Of a stretch of DNA of 32,000 nucleotides, positions 1-7,249 are shown piece after piece. The position numbers were made by a program, and so were the translations under genes. Below the pieces are notes generated by a model. It searched no databases and was not told the DNA's origin. It saw only the letters and a list, made by a program, of their open reading frames with translations. The DNA comes from Candidatus Saccharimonadota bacterium (lineage in GTDB: Bacteria; Pseudomonadota; Gammaproteobacteria; Enterobacterales; Enterobacteriaceae): NCBI GenBank assembly GCA_049942965.1, contig CP188088.1, forward strand, positions 30,001 to 62,000. The letters are read 5' to 3'. Positions within the stretch are counted from its first letter, which is position 1; each line of letters opens with the position of its first letter.

Positions 1-1
1 A

Positions 2-454
2 GAACAATTGAATGAAATAGATTCTCATTTGTTTAAGTTTGGTAAAGAACTAGGATCTAGTACAGGTAGAAGACGTAGAACTGGATGGTTAGATTTACCA
101 TTATTAAGAAAAGCTATTCAAGTTAATTCTATATCTGCTTTATGTTTAACAAAATTAGATGTATTGGATGGTTTAAAAAATATTAAAATTTGTGTTGCTT
201 ATAGATCTTCAAAAGATAGAACAAATTATTATAATATTCCTGTTCATTATAAAGATTGGAAAAGTTTACAGCCTATTTATCAAGTTTTTCCTGGTTGGAA
301 TAAAAATACTAAAGGAATAAGGTTGTTTTCCTTATTACCAAAAAACGCTCAAAATTATGTTCGTGCGATTGAAAAATTAGTTAATATTCCAATAGATATA
401 ATTTCTACTGGACCAGATAGGCTAGATACTATTTTTTTGAGGTCTTTTTTATAA
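2..454 (+). CDS. purA: adenylosuccinate synthetase, C-terminal ~150 aa (5' end lies outside the window)
   Basis: The frame is open to the window edge. The translation GSSTGRRRRTGWLD...LTKLDVLDGL...IDIISTGPDR matches the conserved C-terminal part of enterobacterial PurA. Stop is TAA. Confidence 0.9.
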   Translation, partial: EQLNEIDSHLFKFGKELGSSTGRRRRTGWLDLPLLRKAIQVNSISALCLTKLDVLDGLKNIKICVAYRSSKDRTNYYNIPVHYKDWKSLQPIYQVFPGWNKNTKGIRLFSLLPKNAQNYVRAIEKLVNIPIDIISTGPDRLDTIFLRSFL

Positions 455-525
455 AAAAAAAGATAATATAATTTATAAAAATAATTTTTGTATATTTTAA
501 ATAATTATTATCAGGGGAAAATAGT

Positions 526-648
526 ATGATAGTAGATTTCTACAAAAAAAAAAATAAAACAACATGCAATTCTTATTTAAATAAAAACTACGATTCTTTT
601 TTGAATTTAGATTACTTAAAGAAGAAAAGAATAAAAAAAAAACAATAA
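526..648 (+). other. 40-codon reading frame with a strong SD; probable authentic 5' end of rnr, out of frame with the main ORF
   Basis: AGGGGA (513-518) lies 7 nt before ATG 526. The product MIVDFYKKKNK...SFLNLDYLKKKRIKKKQ* ends just after an A10 tract (633-642). One extra A would fuse it to the open frame that continues into rnr. Confidence 0.45.
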
Positions 649-680
649 TATATTTTAAAAAACTTTCAAGAAAAAAAAAG

Positions 681-2723
681 TTGTTTATTAATAAAATAAT
701 AAGGTTATTTAAAAAACATCAACAATTAAATTCATTTATAGAATCTCATTCTGATTTTTTTGAATCTTTAAACATTTTTATTGGAAGAATTATAGGGAAT
801 CGAGATGGTTATGGATTTCTTAAAGTTAGTTCGTTAGAAAAAGATGTTTGGGTTTCTGTAAATCAAATGAAAAAATGTATACATGGAGATATTGTTTTAT
901 CTTTTGTCAAATTAGATAAAAAAAGAAAAAACAGATTTAAAGCGATTATATTTTTTGTTTTAAAGGAAAACAAATCTTTAATCATAGGAAGATGTTCTGT
1001 TGAACGTAGTAATTCGTTATATTTTATTCCAAATGATGATCGTTATTCTTTTAGGATAAAAGTAAATACAAATACAAATAGAAAAAAACATTTGTTAAAT
1101 AATATGATTTTATCGGTTAGATTAATTAAAAGACCTAAAAATAATTTAGAAGCTATTGGAGAAATTGTTGAAATTTTTGGTAAAAAAATAAATACTGATT
1201 TGGCAATTGAAATTGCTTTGAAAACTCAATCAATTCCTTTTTTATGGAATCATAAGATAAATTCAGAACTGAAAAATATTTCTAAAAGTTTTTCTAAGGA
1301 AAAATATTTAAATAGAACTGATTTAAGAAACATTCCATTTGTAACTATAGACGATGAATCATCATATGATTTCGATGATGCTATTTTTTGTACTGAACTA
1401 GAAAAAAAAAAATGGAAAATACTGGTTGCAATTTCAGATGTTAGTCATTATGTTTTACCAGGAACTGAGATAGATAAAGAAGCAAAAAACAGAAGTAATT
1501 CAATATATTTTCCTTCAAAAGTTATTCCAATGCTTCCAGAAAAATTATCAGTTGATATTTGTTCTTTAAATCCTAAAGAAGATAGGCTTGTTTTGGTTTG
1601 TGAAATATATTTGTCTGATTCAGGAGAAATTATAAAATATAATCATTTTGAAGCAGTAATTAGATCTGTTTGTAGATTAAATTATTCTGAAGTATATCAA
1701 GTATGGAAAAAAGAAAGTAGTTGTTTGTCTGAAAAACATAAAAAAATAATGAATGAGTTAAACAATTTAAATAAATTATATATTTTTTTAAAAAATTCTA
1801 AATTTTTTAAAAACAGAATAATGTTTAATACAAATGATCCTGAATTTATTTTAGGAAAACACTCTAAGTTAATAAGTATTAATATTAAAAAAAGAAATTG
1901 TGTTCATAAATTAGTTGAATTTTGTATGATATTAGCTAATACAGTTTCTGCTATTTTTGTAAAAGAAAACAAAGAACCTGTTTTATTCAGAGAACATGCT
2001 ATTCCTAATTTGGAGAAAATGGATTATTTAAAACTTGTATTATTTAAAAGATTTAATATAATTTTTCCTGAAGAAAATAATTTGAATTTATTAAATTATA
2101 AAAATATTTTAAACAAAGTTTCTAATAAATCAGATCGTGTTCTTATAGAAATGATTTTATTAAGAACTATGAAACCAGCTGTTTATGGAATAGAAAATAT
2201 AGGTCATTTTGGTTTGTCTTTAGGTTCTTATGTTCATTTTACATCCCCAATTAGAAGATATTCTGATTTATTGTTACATCGATCCATTAAATATTTATTA
2301 CGAAAAAATAAAAAAAGAACATATTCTTCTTCTTTAGATGGTTCATATCATTATTCTAGGGAAGAAATAAAAATATTGGGAAATGTTTGTTCTAATAACG
2401 AGAAACGTGCAGAAGAAGCAGTAAGAGAAGTTATTGATTGGATGAAATGTGATTTCATGAAAAATAAAATTAATAATTCTTATATGGGAATGATTATCAA
2501 CATCACTAAATATGGATTATTAATTAGATTAGAAAAATTTTTAATAGATGTTTTTTTGAATATTTCATCTTTAAGAGAGGATGAATATATTTTTGATGTA
2601 AAAAAGATAACATTAACAGGGAAACATAGTAAATTAGAATATTCTTTAGGTGATTTAGTTTCTGTAAAAATAATAGCAGTAATTTTAGAAAATAAAAAAA
2701 TAGAAGTAACCTTAGAAAAATAA
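681..2723 (+). CDS. rnr: ribonuclease R (3'-5' exoribonuclease, VacB)
   Basis: 2043-nt ORF. Motifs seen: cold-shock-like GNRDGYGFLKV; RNB-domain TIDDESSYDFDDAI, NRSNSIYFPSKVIPMLPEKLS and GHFGLSL..YVHFTSPIRRYSDLLLHR; a C-terminal S1-like segment. The ORF-track start is a TTG with no SD, so the 5' end is uncertain (see finding). The Lys-rich tail of E. coli RNase R is absent. Confidence 0.9.
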   Translation: MFINKIIRLFKKHQQLNSFIESHSDFFESLNIFIGRIIGNRDGYGFLKVSSLEKDVWVSVNQMKKCIHGDIVLSFVKLDKKRKNRFKAIIFFVLKENKSLIIGRCSVERSNSLYFIPNDDRYSFRIKVNTNTNRKKHLLNNMILSVRLIKRPKNNLEAIGEIVEIFGKKINTDLAIEIALKTQSIPFLWNHKINSELKNISKSFSKEKYLNRTDLRNIPFVTIDDESSYDFDDAIFCTELEKKKWKILVAISDVSHYVLPGTEIDKEAKNRSNSIYFPSKVIPMLPEKLSVDICSLNPKEDRLVLVCEIYLSDSGEIIKYNHFEAVIRSVCRLNYSEVYQVWKKESSCLSEKHKKIMNELNNLNKLYIFLKNSKFFKNRIMFNTNDPEFILGKHSKLISINIKKRNCVHKLVEFCMILANTVSAIFVKENKEPVLFREHAIPNLEKMDYLKLVLFKRFNIIFPEENNLNLLNYKNILNKVSNKSDRVLIEMILLRTMKPAVYGIENIGHFGLSLGSYVHFTSPIRRYSDLLLHRSIKYLLRKNKKRTYSSSLDGSYHYSREEIKILGNVCSNNEKRAEEAVREVIDWMKCDFMKNKINNSYMGMIINITKYGLLIRLEKFLIDVFLNISSLREDEYIFDVKKITLTGKHSKLEYSLGDLVSVKIIAVILENKKIEVTLEK

Positions 2724-3003
2724 TTTATAAATTTTAAATTCATAGAAAAATACTTTTTTTTGCTTGTTCATTTAACAAAAAAAATTTTTATAAGAATTTT
2801 ATAATTTTTATAAAAAAATAACTTTTTATTTAGTTGATATATGAAATATCTTTATTCTAACATTCAATACTATATTGAGTTTTAATATTTAGTATTATAT
2901 CATTAATAGTTACTATTTTATGAATCATAAAAATTTAATATTTTATGAATGATAATAATAAATTTATTTTTTTCGATTTTGTAAGTAAGGGGTGATGTTA
3001 AAA

Positions 3004-3396
3004 GTGAGAAATTATGAAATTGTTATTTTGATTCATCCAGATTATAGTGAAAAAGTTTTTGCTTTTATTAATGAATGTAAGAGTATGATTTTAAAAGATA
3101 ATGGTAAAATACATCGAATAGAGGATTGGGGTAGAAGACAATTATCTTATACAATACATAACTTACATAAAGCACATTATTTATTAATGAATATTGAAGT
3201 TTATCCATTTTTAATAAAAAAATTGGAAGAAAAATTTCGTTTTAATGATATAATAATTAGAAATTTAATTACTGTAGTAAAAAAACCTATATCTAATATT
3301 TCTATTATTTTAAAAAAAGAAAAAGAAAATAAAAAATCGATGCAAGACGAATCAAATACTTTTAAGAAAAGAATTACAACTTCTGTCGTTGTTTAA
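3004..3396 (+). CDS. rpsF: 30S ribosomal protein S6
   Basis: From GTG 3004 the product reads MRNYEIVILIHPD...IHRIEDWGRRQLSY...HKAHYLLMN...FRFND, colinear with E. coli S6 (MRHYEIVFMVHPD...). AAGGGG (2987-2992) sits about 11 nt upstream of this GTG. The ORF-track start at 2992 and the ATG at 2995 overlap the SD. Confidence 0.85.
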   Translation: MRNYEIVILIHPDYSEKVFAFINECKSMILKDNGKIHRIEDWGRRQLSYTIHNLHKAHYLLMNIEVYPFLIKKLEEKFRFNDIIIRNLITVVKKPISNISIILKKEKENKKSMQDESNTFKKRITTSVVV

Positions 3397-3498
3397 AACA
3401 CATAATTTTTTTATAAATTTTTAAATTTTTAAATTTTTTTAAATAAATATATTTGTTTTATTAATTTTTTAAAAATGATCCTATAGGAATAATATATT

Positions 3499-3726
3499 AT
3501 GGTTCGTTATTTTAGAAGAAAAAAATTTTGTCGTTTTACGGTAGAAGGAATAAAAGAAATTGATTATAAGGATATTGATATTTTAAGAAGTTTTATTACA
3601 GAAAGTGGAAAAATAGTTCCTAGTAGGATTACTGGAACTAAATCTAAATATCAACGACAATTGTCTAAGGCAATAAAAAAAGCCAGATTTTTATCTTTTC
3701 TTCCGTACACTGATCGTCATAAGTAA
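3499..3726 (+). CDS. rpsR: 30S ribosomal protein S18
   Basis: [22 protein letters not shown]...[35 protein letters not shown] is nearly identical to E. coli S18. Confidence 0.95.
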   Translation: MVRYFRRKKFCRFTVEGIKEIDYKDIDILRSFITESGKIVPSRITGTKSKYQRQLSKAIKKARFLSFLPYTDRHK

Positions 3727-3772
3727 TAAAATTTAAAATATAATGAAATAAAAGAAAACATAGGTTTTTAAA

Positions 3773-4216
3773 ATGAGAATAATTTTATTAGAAGAAATAA
3801 AAAATATAGGAAAAAAAGGAAGTATAATTGATGTAAAACCAGGTTATGCTAGAAATTTTTTGTTTCCTAAAGAAAAAGCAATTTTAGGGTCTAAAGAAAA
3901 TATTAAATTATTTGAAATGGAAAGAAATAAATTTTTAGAAAATTTGAAAAAAGAAATTCTTATTGCTAAATCTAGAATAAAAGAAATAAATGAAATTGGA
4001 GTAATTAAGATTATTTCTAAATCTGGATTAAATGGAAAATTATTTGGTTCAATAGGAATCAAGGAAATTTTAAAAGAGATTAATAAAATTGGATTTTTTG
4101 TGAAAAAAAATGAATTGAAACTAACAAAAGGGAAAATTAGAAAATTAGGAGAATATGAAGTAATTTTTAAACCTCATCATAAATTATCATCAAAAATAAA
4201 AATTTTAGTAGAATAA
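3773..4216 (+). CDS. rplI: 50S ribosomal protein L9
   Basis: MRIILLEEIKNIGKKGSIIDVKPGYARNFLFPK is the L9 N-terminal signature. The product is 147 aa and the gene follows rpsR as in E. coli. Confidence 0.93.
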   Translation: MRIILLEEIKNIGKKGSIIDVKPGYARNFLFPKEKAILGSKENIKLFEMERNKFLENLKKEILIAKSRIKEINEIGVIKIISKSGLNGKLFGSIGIKEILKEINKIGFFVKKNELKLTKGKIRKLGEYEVIFKPHHKLSSKIKILVE

Positions 4217-4522
4217 AATTTAAAGTTTTATATAATATTTGTAGAATATTTTAAAAAAAATGAAATTTATTATTTAATTTTAAGAAATAAGAGCAATTAG
4301 ACTGTTAATTTTTCATTGAAATAAGGACATGTAAAACTATGTTTGATAAAATTTGTGAAACAATTTTAAAAATAAGTATTTCTATACATCATTTTTATTC
4401 ATAGTTTATTTTTTATATAAAAACTAAGTTATTCTTCTTCTTTTTTTTTGTTAAAATAGTTTTTTTTTACTGAAAAAAAAATAAAAATTTTTTAAAATAA
4501 AAATAATAATTTTTATTATTTT

Positions 4523-4562
4523 ATTGTTTTTAATTAATATTAATTGTTTTTAATTAATATTA
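4523..4562. repeat. perfect 20-bp tandem duplication (attgtttttaattaatatta x2)
   Basis: Read directly: 4523-4542 is identical to 4543-4562. It lies inside the 706-bp rplI-dut spacer. Confidence 0.9.
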
Positions 4563-4922
4563 AATTAATTTAAAAATCATTATTTTTTGGAAATTTTATA
4601 ACTAAAAAGTTTTACATTTAATAATTAACATTTTAAATTAGTTTTTTTTTTATTTTCTTTGAAACAAAAATACATTTTTAATAATTAATATTTAAATTAT
4701 ATAAAAAAATTTTATTTATTGTTTATTAAGATTTAATAGTTATGATTTTTTATAATTTATAAAAATTTTAAGTTTTAGAAAAAAACAAATGAATTAAAAA
4801 ACATTGTTTTTATGATTTTTTTGTTATTTAAAAAAAAACAGAAAATTAGCATATATAAAGTATTTAATAATTTACTAAAAATTTTTTAAATATTTTTTAT
4901 AAAAAAAGTATATGATAAGTAC

Positions 4923-5396
4923 ATGAAAAAAATTAATTTTAAAGTATTAGATTCAAGATTAGGAAAAGAAATTCCATATCCTAGTTATGCTACTGATGGA
5001 TCATCAGGGATTGATTTAAGAGCTTGTATAGAAAAAAAAGAAGTCATTTATCCTAACAAAACTTTTATGGTTAAAACTGGAATATCTATATATATTTCTG
5101 ATCCTAAAATTACTGCTGTAATTTTACCAAGATCTGGTTTGGGACACAACCATGGAATTGTTTTAGGAAATTTAATTGGTTTAATAGACTCAGATTATCA
5201 AGGTGAACTATTAATTTCCGTTTGGAATCGTAATATTGATAAAAAATTTATTTTATTTCCAGGGGATAGAATAGCACAAATGATTTTTTTACCTATTATA
5301 AAAGTTAAATTAAACAAAGTGAATAAATTTTCTTCTTTTAATGAAAATAACAACAATAGAAAAGAAAAAGGGTTCGGTCATTCTGGAATAAAATGA
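4923..5396 (+). CDS. dut: dUTP diphosphatase
   Basis: YATDGSSGIDLRA, LPRSGLGHNHGIVLGNLIGLIDSDYQGEL.ISVWN, GDRIAQMIF and GFGHSG are the conserved dUTPase motifs, colinear with E. coli Dut. Confidence 0.95.
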   Translation: MKKINFKVLDSRLGKEIPYPSYATDGSSGIDLRACIEKKEVIYPNKTFMVKTGISIYISDPKITAVILPRSGLGHNHGIVLGNLIGLIDSDYQGELLISVWNRNIDKKFILFPGDRIAQMIFLPIIKVKLNKVNKFSSFNENNNNRKEKGFGHSGIK

Positions 5397-5442
5397 AATC
5401 ATAGTTTTAATAAACTATAATTTTTTTAATTTTATTTTAGTA

Positions 5443-5491
5443 CTACTATTCCTAAATAGTTTTTTAAAAGGAATAGTAGAATTTGTTTTTT
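5443..5491 (+). terminator. putative intrinsic terminator downstream of dut
   Basis: 10-bp inverted repeat ctactattcc (5443-5452) / ggaatagtag (5470-5479) with a 17-nt loop, followed by aatttgTTTTTT. It sits between convergent dut and ibpA. The stem is AT-rich, so this is tentative. Confidence 0.4.
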
Positions 5492-5547
5492 AAAATCTCT
5501 AAAATTGTATAAATAATAACTAAAAAAATTTTTTTTATATTTTAAAA

Positions 5548-6018
5548 CTAAAATTTAGAAATTTTGTTTTTAGAATCTTTATTTTCTATTTTTATTTTTT
5601 TAGGTTTTTCTTCTTCTGGAATTTTGTATTCAAATTGAATAACTAAAATTCCTAATTTTATTTTTGCTTTATTTACTTTGATTTTATAGTTTAAATTAAA
5701 TTTGATTGAAAAGTTTTGGTTTTTAATTCCTTTATGTATATATTTTATTTTTTTTTCTATTTCTTTTTTATGTTTTTTTCCAGTGATTGAAATTTGATTA
5801 TTTTGTACTGAAATATCTAATTCTTCTTCATGATAACCAGGAGTACTAATTTCTAGTTGATAACAATTTTTGTCTTTTTGATATAAATTATACATAGGAA
5901 TATCAGAGATTGGATTTTCTCCGGTAATTGTACTAAACATTTTATCTATTTGATCAAATCTTTCAGAAAATATATTATGATTGTATCCTGGAATTAAAGA
6001 AAAAGAATTATAAGACAT
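5548..6018 (-). CDS. ibpA: small heat-shock protein (alpha-crystallin/Hsp20 family)
   Basis: 156-aa product. The alpha-crystallin core (YNLYQKD.NCYQLEISTPGY.EEELDISVQNN.ISITGKK...KGI..QNFS.KF.L) is colinear with E. coli IbpA. SD AGAGG lies 7 nt upstream of the ATG, and a sigma-32 promoter lies further upstream. Confidence 0.9.
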   Translation of the reverse strand: MSYNSFSLIPGYNHNIFSERFDQIDKMFSTITGENPISDIPMYNLYQKDKNCYQLEISTPGYHEEELDISVQNNQISITGKKHKKEIEKKIKYIHKGIKNQNFSIKFNLNYKIKVNKAKIKLGILVIQFEYKIPEEEKPKKIKIENKDSKNKISKF

Positions 6019-6105
6019 ATAATTACCTCTTATTATTTTAATTTAATTTTCATAATAAAAAGACATTAAAGTATTTAAAAAAAATTTTTTCATTTCCATT
6101 ATCTT

Positions 6106-6132
6106 ATATGGGGTTATTTTTTTTTTTTTCAA
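6106..6132 (-). promoter_or_regulatory. sigma-32 (RpoH) heat-shock promoter of ibpA
   Basis: The minus strand reads TTGAAA (6132-6127), a 13-nt spacer AAAAAAAAAATAA, then CCCCATAT (6113-6106). This matches the sigma-32 consensus TTGAAA-N13/14-CCCCATNT. It lies 88 nt upstream of the ibpA ATG. Confidence 0.7.
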
Positions 6133-6183
6133 ATTTTTAAAATTTAAATTAATGATATTGATTTAAAAATTAATATTTATTGT

Positions 6184-6840
6184 TTAAATATTAATTTTTT
6201 CAGTTCCACATAAAATGTTGTAATTAATTAATTGATCTAAGTAAATTAACATTTTTTTTTCTTCTATAATGAATTTAATTAGATCTTTTATTGTTATGAT
6301 AGAATATATAGGAAAAGAAAATTGATCTCTTATTTTTTTTTTTTTAAGAGCATTATTATCATCTATTTCTTTTCTATCGAATGCTACTATTGTAGCTAAA
6401 ATATTGTTGTTTTTTAGTTTTTGAATTGATTTTTTTATTGAACTACCGGAAGTTATAACGTCATCTATTAGAATGGTTTTTTCTTTGTTGTTTTTTTTTT
6501 TTCCTACAATATATCCACATTCTCCGTATAGTTTTTGTTCTTTTCTATTAAAGGAAAAAGATACGTCTATTTTTTTTTTTTTTTTTAAAAAAATAGAAAT
6601 TGCAACTATTAGTGGAACACCTTTATATGCTAATCCGAACAAATGGTTAAATTTTAATTTATATTTTATAATTGCACAATAATAAAAATAAGCTAATTTT
6701 TCTATATCGTTTCCCGTATAAAAAGAAGATGTATTAAAGAAATACGGGCTTTTTCTTCCAGATTTTAATGTAAATTTCCCGAAATTTAATGCTTTTTTTT
6801 TTAATGAAAAATCTATAAATTCTTTTTTAAAGTCTAACAT
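6184..6840 (-). CDS. pyrE: orotate phosphoribosyltransferase
   Basis: FGKFTLKSGRKSPYFFN, LFGLAYKGVPL and the PRPP-binding motif ILIDDVITSGSS are colinear with E. coli PyrE. The gene contains coding-strand A13, A12 and A17 tracts, all in frame. Confidence 0.92.
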   Translation of the reverse strand: MLDFKKEFIDFSLKKKALNFGKFTLKSGRKSPYFFNTSSFYTGNDIEKLAYFYYCAIIKYKLKFNHLFGLAYKGVPLIVAISIFLKKKKKIDVSFSFNRKEQKLYGECGYIVGKKKNNKEKTILIDDVITSGSSIKKSIQKLKNNNILATIVAFDRKEIDDNNALKKKKIRDQFSFPIYSIITIKDLIKFIIEEKKMLIYLDQLINYNILCGTEKINI

Positions 6841-6904
6841 AAACTAAAAATCCTAATAACAATTTTAAAAAAGATGATTTCATATTTTTTATTTTTTTTA
6901 TTTC

Positions 6905-6977
6905 TGGCCCCTGCTGGATTTGAACCAGCGGCCAAACGATTATGAGTCGATTGCTCTAACCACTGAGCTAAGGGGCC
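6905..6977 (-). tRNA. ileX: tRNA-Ile2 (anticodon CAU, lysidine-modified type)
   Basis: The minus strand reads GGCCCCTTAGCTCAGTGGTTAGAGCAATCGACTCATAATCGTTTGGCCGCTGGTTCAAATCCAGCAGGGGCCA. The acceptor stem, D arm and T arm match E. coli ileX as I recall it, rather than elongator or initiator tRNA-Met. No 3' CCA is encoded. Confidence 0.85.
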
Positions 6978-7117
6978 TTTAATAAGAACTTATTTTAAAA
7001 CAATTCAATGCAATAAGCTAGTAATCTTTTGATTTTATTTTAAAAATTCTTATTTTTTTTTAAGTATAAAAAACGAACTTTACTTTTAAAAAAAAAGTTG
7101 ATATGATTAAGAATCAA

Positions 7118-7190
7118 TCCTCTGTAGTTCAGTTGGTAGAACGGCGGACTGTTAATCCGTATGTCACTGGTTCGATCCCAGTCGGAGGAG
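7118..7190 (+). tRNA. asnT: tRNA-Asn (anticodon GUU)
   Basis: TCCTCTGTAGTTCAGTTGGTAGAACGGCGGACTGTTAATCCGTATGTCACTGGTTCGATCCCAGTCGGAGGAG is near-identical to E. coli tRNA-Asn. The anticodon loop is CTGTTAA. No CCA is encoded. Confidence 0.93.
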
Positions 7191-7249
7191 GAAAAATTAT
7201 TAAATTTTTTTTAGATTTTTAAATTATATAAATATATATAAATATATTA

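Noticed and set aside
4339-4404. 21-codon ORF (MFDKICETILKISISIHHFYS*) with AAGGA 11 nt upstream, in the rplI-dut spacer
   Set aside because: The spacing from the SD-like motif is long, and an ATG-TAA pair sits between them. The peptide has no recognisable features. I have no conservation evidence, and chance occurrence is likely.
4217-4922. Possibility that the repeat-containing 706-bp spacer is a replication origin or a CRISPR-like array
   Set aside because: I found no DnaA-box-like 9-mers (TTATCCACA or its complement). The repeats occur only twice, with no unique spacers between them. There are no cas genes anywhere in the window.
5401-5427. Hairpin atagttt-taat-aaactat followed by T7, immediately after the dut stop, as a second terminator
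   Set aside because: It is a 7-bp stem with a single G-C pair. It is plausible, but weaker than the 5443-5491 structure and not separable from chance.
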